64,000 bases of DNA, taken from assembly GCA_025054935.1 (NCBI GenBank), contig JANWZD010000001.1, positions 201,008 to 265,007 on the forward strand. The letters are read 5' to 3'. This document shows positions 18,729 to 27,876 of the stretch, piece after piece. How positions within the stretch are numbered: the stretch's first letter is position 1; each line of letters opens with the position of its first letter. Made by a program: the position numbers and the translations under genes. This DNA comes from Dehalococcoidia bacterium (GTDB taxonomy: Bacteria; Chloroflexota; Dehalococcoidia; SpSt-223). The notes under the pieces were generated by a model, which worked only from the letters and a program-made list of their open reading frames with translations, made no database searches and had not been told where the DNA came from.

Positions 18729-19929
18729 GGTACCCCTCGCTCTTCAACTCGATGGCGTTCGCGGTCGCGCGGACTGTCCCATCCACGAACAGAATGCGCA
18801 GCGTATCGCCCGCCTCTATCGCTGTTGCGCGCCGAACGACGGCGTGCCGGGTCGCATTTTCAACAACGGCGTAGCCTCGCGCCAGCGTTTGCGCCGGGCT
18901 GAGCGTTTCGAGGCGTTGGCGGATGCCGGCGAGATGGGCGGCGTGCAGCTGCAGCATCGCCCGCGCGCTGTCGCCGAGACGGCGGCCGAGATCGTCGACC
19001 TGCTGGCGCAGCCGGTTAAGGTCTGGCGCTGCCCGGTCAAGGCGGTGGCGGAGGAAGCGGAGCTCGGCTGCAGCCTCGGCGAGCCGGTTTGTCATCTCGC
19101 CGACCAGCGTGGCGCGACAAGACTCGAGCTGCGCCTGCAGCTCGGTGATGTCCGGAACGCACAGCATCGCCGCAGCAGAGGGGGTCGGTGCGCGGAGGTC
19201 GGCGACGTAGTCAGCGATCGTGAAGTCGGTCTCGTGGCCGACCGCCGAGACGACAGGGATACGGCTGGAAAAGATCGCCCGGGCGACACGTTCATCGTTG
19301 AAGCACCAGAGGTCTTCCGCTGACCCGCCGCCGCGCGCGACGATGATCAGGTCGATATCGTCGCGCGCGTTGACCCGCGCGATCGCCTCGGCGATCTGGG
19401 CGGGCGCCGCATCTCCTTGGACCTGACAGGGTGCAAGCACCAGCTCGACCAAAGGGTAGCGCTGGGCGATGATGGTGTAGATATCGTGCAGGACTGCCCC
19501 GCTCGGCGAGGTGACGAGCGCAATTCGGCGGGGGAAAGCAGGGAGCGGACGCTTGCGGGAGGGGTCGAACAGCCCTTCTGCTTCCAGCCTCGCTTTGAGA
19601 AGCTCGAACTGAAGCTGCAGGGCGCCGAGACCGGCAGGCTCGATGAGGTCGGCGACAATCTGCAGCTCGCCGCGCGCCTCATAAACCGACAGGCGGCCAT
19701 GGACGACGACGTGGTCTCCATCGGCGATCGAGTGCGCGGACTTCCCTCGGCGGAAGAAGACACACTTAATCGCCGCGTTCGTGTCCTTCAGCGTGAAGTA
19801 CAGGTGGCCAGCCGTCGAACGGTACGAGTTCGAGACCTCTCCCTCCACGAAAACGTCGGCGAGAGCGCTCTCTCGCTCAACAACCTCCCGGAGATAGCCG
19901 ACCAGCTCGGTCACCGAGAGAACCGTCAT
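18718..19929 (-). CDS. xseA: Exodeoxyribonuclease VII large subunit
   Basis: VEGEVSN, GHLYFTLKD, RGGGSAEDLWCFNDE, VGHETDFT, RAPTPSAAA. Confidence 0.96.
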   Translation of the reverse strand: MTVLSVTELVGYLREVVERESALADVFVEGEVSNSYRSTAGHLYFTLKDTNAAIKCVFFRRGKSAHSIADGDHVVVHGRLSVYEARGELQIVADLIEPAGLGALQLQFELLKARLEAEGLFDPSRKRPLPAFPRRIALVTSPSGAVLHDIYTIIAQRYPLVELVLAPCQVQGDAAPAQIAEAIARVNARDDIDLIIVARGGGSAEDLWCFNDERVARAIFSSRIPVVSAVGHETDFTIADYVADLRAPTPSAAAMLCVPDITELQAQLESCRATLVGEMTNRLAEAAAELRFLRHRLDRAAPDLNRLRQQVDDLGRRLGDSARAMLQLHAAHLAGIRQRLETLSPAQTLARGYAVVENATRHAVVRRATAIEAGDTLRILFVDGTVRATANAIELKSEGYHDE

Positions 19930-20378
19930 GGCTGCGGCGTCCCAATCCGGAAGAGCGGCTGGCCGTAGCCGACCCCTTCGCCATCGGCGACGAGCACCTC
20001 AAGGATCGTCCCGGCGCATTCCGCGATCACGTCATGCACAACCTGCACTGCTTCGATAACGGCAAGGCGCTGGCCGGCCTCCACCGTTTGGCCGACGTCG
20101 ACGAGGGGCGGACCGTCAACTGTCGCGCTGCGTCGGAACCAGCCGACGACCGGAGCCGTGACGATGGTGCTGTCCTCCTCTGCCTGCAGCGCAAGCGGGG
20201 CAGCCTCATCTCCACTCGGTGCCGGCGCAGGCGCCGCCATGCTCCGCCGGATGCGCAGCCGCACCCCTCGGCGTTCGAACTCCAGCTCTTCGACATCGGA
20301 GTGGGCAAGAAGCCGGAGAATGTCGGTTGCCTCTCCGGTGAGGTAGGCGATGGGGTCGGGTGGGTCCTGGTCGGCCAC
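19926..20378 (-). CDS. Biotin carboxyl carrier protein-like (AccB fold) lacking the biotinylated Lys
   Basis: AccB-like N-terminus, Ala/Pro linker, VTAPVVGWFR..P.V.VG..V..GQ.L..IEAVQVVHDV.A...G.I...LV.DG..V.YGQPLF. Confidence 0.8.
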   Translation of the reverse strand: MADQDPPDPIAYLTGEATDILRLLAHSDVEELEFERRGVRLRIRRSMAAPAPAPSGDEAAPLALQAEEDSTIVTAPVVGWFRRSATVDGPPLVDVGQTVEAGQRLAVIEAVQVVHDVIAECAGTILEVLVADGEGVGYGQPLFRIGTPQP

Positions 20379-20383
20379 GGCGC

Positions 20384-20947
20384 TTAGCTCGTCACCCGCT
20401 CGATATAGCTTCCATCCCGCGTATCGATGCGGAGAATATCGCCGACGTTGATGAAAAACGGCACATTGACGACGACGCCCGTCTCCAGCGTCGCCGGTTT
20501 GGTGCTCCCGCTGGCAGTGTCGCCTTTGAAGCCGGGCGGCGTGTCGACCACCGCGAGGTCAACCGTGAACGGCAGCTCCAAGCTGATCGGGATCTCGTCC
20601 TGGAGGAGCAGGTCGAGCGTCATCCCCTCTTTCATGAACGGCGCGGCATCGGCCACCTGCTCGGCGTTCATCTCAAACTGCTCGAACGTCTCGCGGTCCA
20701 TGAAGTGGAAAGTGTCGCCGTCGCGGTAGAGGAATTCGACCGGCCGGCGGTCGAGGCGAACGCGATTGAACTTTTCTCCCGCTTGGAAAGTCCGTTCGAT
20801 GGTGTGGCCGGCTTTCACATCCTTCAGCTTGAGCCGGATCTGGGCGCTCCCCCGCCCCATTTTGATGTGCTGGTACTCCACGACGCTGTAGAGCTTGCCG
20901 TCGAGCTCGATGACAATGCCGCGGCGGAGATCCCCGACGCCGATCAT
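20384..20947 (-). CDS. efp: Elongation factor P
   Basis: DLRRG, HIKMGRGSA, PGFKGDTA, KPATLETG, VPFFINVGD, DTRDGSY. Confidence 0.97.
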   Translation of the reverse strand: MIGVGDLRRGIVIELDGKLYSVVEYQHIKMGRGSAQIRLKLKDVKAGHTIERTFQAGEKFNRVRLDRRPVEFLYRDGDTFHFMDRETFEQFEMNAEQVADAAPFMKEGMTLDLLLQDEIPISLELPFTVDLAVVDTPPGFKGDTASGSTKPATLETGVVVNVPFFINVGDILRIDTRDGSYIERVTS

Positions 20948-22026
20948 CCTCTCCTCCTGATCGCTGGCTCTTTGGGCGCTTTGCTCAGCACACGCACGCC
21001 CTCCTCTTCCAGCACAACAAGATCTTCGATCCGCACCCCGAACTTGCCGGGGAGGTAAATGCCGGGCTCGACCGAAAAGACCATCCCAGGCTGCAGCACG
21101 TCTTCACTCTCGCGGCGGACGAGGGGTCCCTCATGGGTCTGCAGTCCGATCCCATGGCCGAGGCTGTGCCCGAACTGGTCGCCGTAGCCCGCTTCGGCGA
21201 TCAGATCGCGCGCGATCTTGTCTGCCTCGCCCCCTTTCATCCCCGGCCGAATCCCAGCCTCGGCCGCCTGCTGCGCTCGCAGGACGATGTCATAGATCTC
21301 AAGGTAGTAGGGGTCCGGCTCTCCGAGGCAGAACGTTCGGGTCAGGTCGCTGCGATAGCCATCGACGATGCAGCCGAGATCGAGGACAATCGGCTCGCCC
21401 GCCTCGATCCGCTTCCTTGTCGGCTGGGCATGGGGAAGCGCGCCCCGCGCGCCGCTTCCCACGATCACGGAGAAGGCGAGGCCTTCTGCGCCCGCCTCGC
21501 GCATCCGCTTCTCGAGCTCCCACGCTACCTCGAGTTCGGTGACCCCCGGACGAAGCCAAGCGGCAACCGCCTCGACAGCGGCGTCAGCGATGGCGACGGC
21601 GCGCTCGATCGCATTCAATTCCTCGCGGTCCTTGATCATCCGCACCGGCTCCACTATCTCTTTGGTCGGCACAAGCTCGATCCCCGCCTCCGCGGCAGCG
21701 GCCTGCAACTGCTCCCATTGGAGGTAGGTCAGTGCGCCGGCCTCAAACCCCAGCTGCGTCAGCCCAAAATCGCTTTTGAGCGCCGGCAGTTCTTTGAGGA
21801 GGCCGTTCTCCAGCTTGCGGACGACGAAATGAGGCGCTTCCTCGGCCGCTTGTTCGACATAGCGAAAGTCGGTGAGGAGCACGGCCTCGGTCGGCGTGAT
21901 CAGGAGATGGCCGGCAGAGCCGGTGAACCCGCTCAGATAGCGCCGGTTCTCAGCACTGCTGATGAGGATGGCTGGCAGGGAGCGCGCTGCCAAGATCGCG
22001 CGGACACGCTCTACTCGATCGCTCAT
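20944..22026 (-). CDS. Xaa-Pro aminopeptidase (M24B)
   Basis: YLSGFTGS, TDFRY, ALPH, DLG...GYRSDLTRT, HSLGHGIGL..HE, EPGIY, GVRIED. Confidence 0.93.
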   Translation of the reverse strand: MSDRVERVRAILAARSLPAILISSAENRRYLSGFTGSAGHLLITPTEAVLLTDFRYVEQAAEEAPHFVVRKLENGLLKELPALKSDFGLTQLGFEAGALTYLQWEQLQAAAAEAGIELVPTKEIVEPVRMIKDREELNAIERAVAIADAAVEAVAAWLRPGVTELEVAWELEKRMREAGAEGLAFSVIVGSGARGALPHAQPTRKRIEAGEPIVLDLGCIVDGYRSDLTRTFCLGEPDPYYLEIYDIVLRAQQAAEAGIRPGMKGGEADKIARDLIAEAGYGDQFGHSLGHGIGLQTHEGPLVRRESEDVLQPGMVFSVEPGIYLPGKFGVRIEDLVVLEEEGVRVLSKAPKEPAIRRRG

Positions 22027-22049
22027 CGCTTCCTCGTTGTGCGTAGAGT

Positions 22050-24299
22050 CTACCGGCGCGCGCCGGCCGGCGTCCGGTCGCCACGGGAAGAGCGGGCCGT
22101 GCGGGACGTTCGGCGCGAGGTCGTGCTGCCGGCGCCCTGCTTCGCGGCCGAGCCGGTTGGGCTCGTCTGCGCGGCGGCAGCAGGCGCTGGCTCGCGGATG
22201 ACGGGGTTTTCCGTCAAACATCGCGCGCCGCTCGCCGTCTGCACCTGGAAGCCGCCGCAGTTGGGGCAAGGCTCAGGAAGAGGGCGGTCCCACACTGTGA
22301 AAGTGCAGGCGGGATAGCGGTCGCAGCCGTAGAAGGTACGACCTTTCTTGCTCGACCGGACGACAAGCTCTCCCTCGGCGCACGCCGGACAGCGGACGCC
22401 GACCTTCTCCAGAAGCGGCTTTGCGTTCCGGCAGGTCGGAAAGCCGCTGCAGGCGATGAAGCGCCCGAAGCGCCCCCGTTTGATCACGAGGGGACGCCCG
22501 CATTTGTCACAGTCTTCGCCGTACGGCTCATCTTCCACCTTCACCGTCGGCATCGCCTCGGCGGCGCGCTCAACCTCCCGGTGGAAGGGGAGGTAGAAGT
22601 CGCGCAGCACCGGAACCCATTCGCGCTCTCCATTGGCGATGTCGTCCAACTGCTCCTCGAGCTGCGCCGTGAAGCCGACGTCGACGATATTGGGGAAGTA
22701 GGTCACGAGCAGGTCGTTGACGGTGACCCCGAGCTCTGTGGGCACCAGCCGGCGGTCAACGCGCTTGACATATCCCCGTTCGATAATCGTCGAGATGATG
22801 GGGGCATAGGTGCTGGGCCGTCCGATCCCCTGCTCCTCTAGCGCCTTGACGAGCGAGGCTTCGGTATAGCGCGGGGGCGGCTGCGTGAAGTGCTGCTCCG
22901 GAACGAGCGCGACGAGGTCGAGCTGATCGCCGACTTGGAGCGCCGGCAGCGGGCGTTTTCCCTCGTCGTCGACTTCCCCCTCCTCATCTGTGCTCTCGCG
23001 ATACAGTTCGAGGAAGCCGGGGAACTTGATGACCGACCCGCTTGCGCGGAGCAGATAGTCTGTTCCGCTCGGCGTGTCGCTGGCGCGGATCTCCACCGTC
23101 GTCGTGTCGAGGGTGGCGGCTTCCATCTGGCTGGCGACGAAGCGCTTCCAAATGAGTTCGTAGAGGCGATACTGCTCCGGGGTGAGCGCCGCTTTGATGC
23201 GCTCCGGCTCGCGGAACGTACTCGTCGGGCGGATCGCTTCGTGCGCCTCTTGCGCGTTGCGGGCTTTCTTTGTGAAAACTCGCGGGGCGGCAGGCACAAA
23301 GTCGCCGCCGAACTTCTGCGCGATGTACCGGCGCGCCTCCTGCTGAGCCGACTCGGCGACGTGTGTCGAGTCCGTGCGCATATAGGTGATGAGCCCGACG
23401 CTTTCTCCCTCGTCAGGCAGGTAAATGCCCTCGTACAGCTGCTGGGCGACGAGCATCGTCCGTTTGGCGGTGAAGCGCAGCTTGCGCGCTGCTTCCTGCT
23501 GGAGGGTGCTTGTCGTAAAGGGAGGCGCGGGCTGCCGCTGCACCTCCCGTCGGCGCACCTCGGCGACAGTGAATGTCGCCGGCCGGAGGTCAGCAACAAG
23601 CGCCGAGGCCCGTTCCTCGTTCGGGATCGTGAGCTTTTCGCGCTGCCCCCACTGCCCGATCAGGCTCGCCCGAAATTGATCGCGCTTGCTCCGAGACTGC
23701 TGCTTTGTCAGGTCGGCGTCGATCGTCCAATACTCGGTCGGCACAAACGCGGCGATCTCCCGCTCTCGGTCGACAATCAGCCGCACTGCCACGGATTGGA
23801 CACGGCCGGCGGAGAGCCGCCCTTTCACTTTCCGCCACAGGAGCGGGCTGAGCTCATAGCCGACTAAGCGATCGAGGATCCGGCGCGCCTGCTGGGCGTT
23901 CACCAGTTCCATGTCGATCGTGCGCGGGTGACGGAAGGCTTCAGTCACCGCCTCCTTTGTGATCTCATGGAAGACCACGCGCCGTACCTTGGCCGGGTCG
24001 ACGCCGGTCGCCTCCGCGAGGTGCCACGAGATTGCCTCTCCTTCTCGATCGGGGTCGGTGGCGAGCCAGACCGACGGCGCCTCTTTGACCGCCTCGCGCA
24101 GTTCTTTGATCAGCTCCTTTTTCTCGCGCGGAACGAGATATTTCGGAGCGAAATCGTGCTCGACATCCACGCCGAGCTGGCTCTTCGGCAGGTCGCGGAC
24201 GTGTCCGAGTGACGCTCGAACCGAGTAGCGAGCCCCGAGAAACCGGCTCAGGGTTTTGGCTTTCGTGGGCGACTCGACAATGACGAGGTCTTTTGCCAT
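22050..24299 (-). CDS. topA: DNA topoisomerase I
   Basis: LVIVESPTK, ATDPDREGE, SAGRVQS, ITYMRTDS, GIGRPSTY, C-terminal Zn ribbons. Confidence 0.98.
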   Translation of the reverse strand: MAKDLVIVESPTKAKTLSRFLGARYSVRASLGHVRDLPKSQLGVDVEHDFAPKYLVPREKKELIKELREAVKEAPSVWLATDPDREGEAISWHLAEATGVDPAKVRRVVFHEITKEAVTEAFRHPRTIDMELVNAQQARRILDRLVGYELSPLLWRKVKGRLSAGRVQSVAVRLIVDREREIAAFVPTEYWTIDADLTKQQSRSKRDQFRASLIGQWGQREKLTIPNEERASALVADLRPATFTVAEVRRREVQRQPAPPFTTSTLQQEAARKLRFTAKRTMLVAQQLYEGIYLPDEGESVGLITYMRTDSTHVAESAQQEARRYIAQKFGGDFVPAAPRVFTKKARNAQEAHEAIRPTSTFREPERIKAALTPEQYRLYELIWKRFVASQMEAATLDTTTVEIRASDTPSGTDYLLRASGSVIKFPGFLELYRESTDEEGEVDDEGKRPLPALQVGDQLDLVALVPEQHFTQPPPRYTEASLVKALEEQGIGRPSTYAPIISTIIERGYVKRVDRRLVPTELGVTVNDLLVTYFPNIVDVGFTAQLEEQLDDIANGEREWVPVLRDFYLPFHREVERAAEAMPTVKVEDEPYGEDCDKCGRPLVIKRGRFGRFIACSGFPTCRNAKPLLEKVGVRCPACAEGELVVRSSKKGRTFYGCDRYPACTFTVWDRPLPEPCPNCGGFQVQTASGARCLTENPVIREPAPAAAAQTSPTGSAAKQGAGSTTSRRTSRTARSSRGDRTPAGARR

Positions 24300-24468
24300 G
24301 AGGGCAATTTCCAGCTAAAAGGATACCCCTCTCGTGCGAAGACCGCTCGGACAGGTCGTCCGAGCGGCTCCTTCCTGAGTGTACCAAAGGGGGATCGGCG
24401 GGTCCAAGGCGCTCGTCGCTCATTTCTCCCCTCTCGCGCTACACTTTTCCCGCTGCACTGGAGGAGCG

Positions 24469-24921
24469 ATGAAGATCGTCGTCGGAAGCGATGAGCGGAC
24501 ACCCCTTACTGACGCGGTCGTGCGCGAATTGCGCGAGCGCGGGCATGAGGTCGAAATGCTGCTCCCCGACCCGGGGGCGACCCTCCCGTGGGCCGAGGTG
24601 GGGGCGTGGGTTGGCTGGAAGGTAGCGCGCGGCGAGGCGGAGCAAGGCGTGCTGTTCTGCTGGACAGGCACCGGCGTCAGCATGGCGGCGAACAAAGTGC
24701 CCGGCGTGCGTGCCGCGCTCTGCGGCGACCCCGAGACAGCGCGCGGCGCCCGCCGGTGGAATGACGCCAATGTGCTTGTGATGAGCCTGCGCGCTACTGC
24801 TGAGCCGGTCGCTAAGGAGATCCTTGACGCATGGTTCAGCACGCCGCCGAGCGACCAGCCAGAGGACCGCGCCAATATCGCCAAACTCGAAGAAATCGCC
24901 CAGTCCCCCTCCCTCGCCTGA
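24469..24921 (+). CDS. RpiB/LacA/LacB family sugar-phosphate isomerase
   Basis: MKIVVGSD, CWTGTGVSMAANKVPGVRAALC, NDANVL. GGAGG SD. Confidence 0.88.
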   Translation: MKIVVGSDERTPLTDAVVRELRERGHEVEMLLPDPGATLPWAEVGAWVGWKVARGEAEQGVLFCWTGTGVSMAANKVPGVRAALCGDPETARGARRWNDANVLVMSLRATAEPVAKEILDAWFSTPPSDQPEDRANIAKLEEIAQSPSLA

Positions 24922-24966
24922 GCGTCCCGCAGGCGAGGACACCCCCTTCCTCGGCGGGCACCGCCG

Positions 24967-24990
24967 CGCAGCGGGGCTGCTTCCGCTGCG
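24967..24990 (+). terminator. Hairpin downstream of the RpiB-family gene
   Basis: CGCAGCGGGG-CTGC-TTCCGCTGCG stem-loop with weak U tail. Confidence 0.4.
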
Positions 24991-24993
24991 TAC

Positions 24994-25029
24994 TTGACAG
25001 TGCCGATCACTGCGAGTAGGGTTCTCGCA
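24994..25029 (+). promoter_or_regulatory. Sigma70-type promoter giving a leaderless LLM transcript
   Basis: TTGACA-N17-TAGGGT-N6-ATG with no SD. Inverted repeat TGCGAG..CTCGCA spans the -10. Confidence 0.7.
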
Positions 25030-26129
25030 TGCACGCAGGACTGTATCTCAACCCCCAGACTCGCGGCCCCGAAGACGACCACGGCATCATTCAAGCAGTG
25101 ATCGATCACACTCGGCTGGCTGAGCGTGTTGGCTTTCGCGCCGTCTGGGCGACGGAGCACGCCTTCACGGGGTACAACGCCTACAGCGACCCCATCGTGC
25201 TCGGAAGCCATTTGGCCGCGGTGGCACCGCGGCTGCATATCGGCTTTTCGGTGGCGGTCGGCCCGCTGCATCACCCGATCCGGTTCGCGACTCAAGTCGC
25301 GCTCCTCGATAACCTGACAAATGGCAAGACGATCGCGGGGGTGGGGAGCGGGATCGGCCCGGATGAATATGCCGGCTACGGGCTTGACGCTAAGGACCGG
25401 CATCAGCTTTTTGACGCCTGGGCCGAGATTGTCCTCGGGGCGTGGCAGCATCGTGGGCCGGAGCCGTTCGTCTACGAAACGCCATGGTGGAGAGGCAAGG
25501 TCGACGGCCGGATCATTCCCGCTCCGGTCCAGAAGCCCTATCCCCTTTTTGCGCGCGCGACGCTCACGCCCGCCTTCTGCCGCAGGTGGGGGAAGATGGC
25601 GCAGCCGCTGCTTCTCTCGCTGACGGCCGGCACCGGCGAGCTGCTTTGGAACTCCTATCTCGATGGCCTTGCGGAGAGCGACGCGCCGGAGGAGCAGAAA
25701 CGCCGCGCTCTGGAGTGGAGCTGCTTCACCCAGCAGACCCATATCAGCGACGCAGCTGACCCTGTCGCTGAGATCTGGGAATACTCTAAATACTACCTGC
25801 ACAAAGGCGTGCGGGCGAACATGGGCTACGACTGGGCACCGCCCGAGGAGTGGGAGCGACGCAAGGCAAACTACCGACGGGGGACAATGCTCGCCGGCTC
25901 GCCGCAGAAGGTGCTGGAGAAGCTTGCGCCCTGGGCAGAGCGCGGTCTCGGTCATGTCATGATCTGGGCGTACTTCGGGGCGATGCCGCCGGAACTGGCT
26001 GCCGAGACAATCCAGCGGTTCGGCGAAGAAGTGCTTCCCCACCTCGAGCGGATTCGCCCCGCTGCCCCCAGCAAAGCGCCGGTTCCTGAAGGCGTCGAAG
26101 CAGCCCGCCCGACGATCCTGGCGCCGTAG
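25029..26129 (+). CDS. Luciferase-like (LLM class) flavin-dependent oxidoreductase
   Basis: AERVGFRAVWATEH, HHPIRFA..VALLD.LTNG, P.PVQKP.P, AGSP..V, RFGEEVLP. Confidence 0.9.
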   Translation: MHAGLYLNPQTRGPEDDHGIIQAVIDHTRLAERVGFRAVWATEHAFTGYNAYSDPIVLGSHLAAVAPRLHIGFSVAVGPLHHPIRFATQVALLDNLTNGKTIAGVGSGIGPDEYAGYGLDAKDRHQLFDAWAEIVLGAWQHRGPEPFVYETPWWRGKVDGRIIPAPVQKPYPLFARATLTPAFCRRWGKMAQPLLLSLTAGTGELLWNSYLDGLAESDAPEEQKRRALEWSCFTQQTHISDAADPVAEIWEYSKYYLHKGVRANMGYDWAPPEEWERRKANYRRGTMLAGSPQKVLEKLAPWAERGLGHVMIWAYFGAMPPELAAETIQRFGEEVLPHLERIRPAAPSKAPVPEGVEAARPTILAP

Positions 26130-26135
26130 CCCGCG

Positions 26136-27317
26136 CTAGCGGCTCAGTTCGCGCAGCCGAGCGAGAAACTGCCGCGCGCGCGCTTGGTAGTCGGCCTCGA
26201 GAAGCGCGAGGGCGTCCTCCTCACTGCTACCGCTGGCGAGCAGTTCCGCGCCTCGGCGCAGCACTGCCGCACGATCTTCTTCCTGCGCCTCGCGCAGCGC
26301 TTGGAGGGCTGCGGCCGACCAAGCGCTGAGCGGGGTTTCCGGCGGCTGTCCGACCGCGGCATTCAGTTCTTCCCGGCTTGCGGGACGACGGAGAAGGCGC
26401 CGCAGCCGCGCCTCTTGCGCACGTCGCTCATCCAGCAGGGGCCGCGCGCGCTCGATCGCTGCGGCAGTGGAGCGAATAGCGTGGCGGCGGCACCACGCTT
26501 CAACCGCATCGAGCGAGGCCGGCAGCGTCGCGGCGTGTTCGGCGAAGAGCGGCCGCGTGAGGCGGCCGACCGCCCCCGCAACGGCGGCGCCAAGACGGTA
26601 GTAGGCTTCGGCGAGGTCAAAGTCGTCGTGAATCGGCCCGATTTCATCGAGCTCGGTCAGCCAAGCGGCAATCGGTGCGGCAGGCAGCGGCGGGAAGAAC
26701 TCTTCGATGGCGGCATCCACCCAGCGGATGAGGGGACGGCCCGGGACCCGCGCGCGTCGGTTTGACTGGCTGGGGGGAGAGACGAGCGCGCCGGGCACCA
26801 GGCGCTCGGTCCAGTCCCCCCGCAGACGATGCTGAAGGGCCATCTCGAGACGGGCGGCAAACCGCTCGCCGAGAAGCTGCCCCGCCGCGACGGCGACCTC
26901 GACCCCGATCTGTCCTGCCTCGGCGTGGTCGAGCGAAAATTTGAAATCGACCGGCTGGATGATGACAGCGCGGTGGGATCGTCCGACGACGAGGGCATCC
27001 GGCGCCCGCTGACCGGCCACGCTCAGTCGAAGGCCGAACTCAGCGTCAATGCCCAGCGGCACCACGGCGAGCGGGCGATACCGCTCCCCGCCCGGCAGGA
27101 GCCACGGGCGCCGATCGTCGAGCAGCCGCGCCGCAGCGTAGCGTTCCCACGCGCTGCCAAGGTGGTTACTCGCGTGGCCCCAATCGCCGAGGCGGCGGAT
27201 CTCCGCGAGCGACCACGGGATCTTCTGCCATCCAGCCGGGCGGCGCTTGATCGCCTCGTGGGCGTTCCCCGACCCGCCTCGCTGGCTGACCGGTGCTGCC
27301 GAGGCTGAAGGGGACAC
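26136..27317 (-). CDS. Hypothetical protein with possible PD-(D/E)xK nuclease-like domain
   Basis: GSAWERY..APDALVV..IIQPVDFKFS. GTG start abuts the stop of the upstream gene. Confidence 0.6.
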   Translation of the reverse strand: MSPSASAAPVSQRGGSGNAHEAIKRRPAGWQKIPWSLAEIRRLGDWGHASNHLGSAWERYAAARLLDDRRPWLLPGGERYRPLAVVPLGIDAEFGLRLSVAGQRAPDALVVGRSHRAVIIQPVDFKFSLDHAEAGQIGVEVAVAAGQLLGERFAARLEMALQHRLRGDWTERLVPGALVSPPSQSNRRARVPGRPLIRWVDAAIEEFFPPLPAAPIAAWLTELDEIGPIHDDFDLAEAYYRLGAAVAGAVGRLTRPLFAEHAATLPASLDAVEAWCRRHAIRSTAAAIERARPLLDERRAQEARLRRLLRRPASREELNAAVGQPPETPLSAWSAAALQALREAQEEDRAAVLRRGAELLASGSSEEDALALLEADYQARARQFLARLRELSR

Positions 27318-27854
27318 TTAGCGGCGGAACCACCCGCGGCGGGCTGGCGCAGCGGGGAGGCGAACCTCTGGCAGGTCGGGCAGCCGCTCGCGCAGTTCTG
27401 AGACGGGCGGGAGACGAAGGTCCTGCACCTGTTCGCGCAGGTCGGCAAGGTTTGGCATCTGCGGGAGCTTGACATCGCTCAAGCTTGGTACCTCGACCTT
27501 GCCCACGACGGGGAGGGTCACCATCTTTTTCTGACGGCGCGCTCGTCCGCGCAGGAAGAGCGCGAGGAACACGAGCCCAACGACGGCAGCGATGCCGAGG
27601 AGGATCGGAATGATGGGGCGCGACTCCTCCTCGTCAAAGTCATCGAGGTCTTCAAAGTCGTCGGCGCCGCTCGCTTCGCGGAGGCTCGGCGGACGAAGGT
27701 CGGGGATGGTGTCCGTGATGGGATAGACTTCGCCGCACTGCTTGCAGGTGAGGGTGCCCCGAACGATCTCCTGATCGTTCTCTTCTTCGACCTTCAGCTC
27801 AAATTCGCCCTTGCACGTTGGGCAGGCGAGGATATCCATCAAGTCGCGCTTCAT
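27318..27854 (-). CDS. Trm112-like zinc domain fused to a TM helix and Leu/Pro-rich tail
   Basis: MKRDLMDILACPTCKG..L.CKQCGEVYPI.D.IP.L.P is the Trm112/YcaR pattern; acidic linker and TM follow. GGAGGAGG SD. Confidence 0.8.
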   Translation of the reverse strand: MKRDLMDILACPTCKGEFELKVEEENDQEIVRGTLTCKQCGEVYPITDTIPDLRPPSLREASGADDFEDLDDFDEEESRPIIPILLGIAAVVGLVFLALFLRGRARRQKKMVTLPVVGKVEVPSLSDVKLPQMPNLADLREQVQDLRLPPVSELRERLPDLPEVRLPAAPARRGWFRR

Positions 27855-27876
27855 CGGCAACCTCCTCCCAGTAAGC

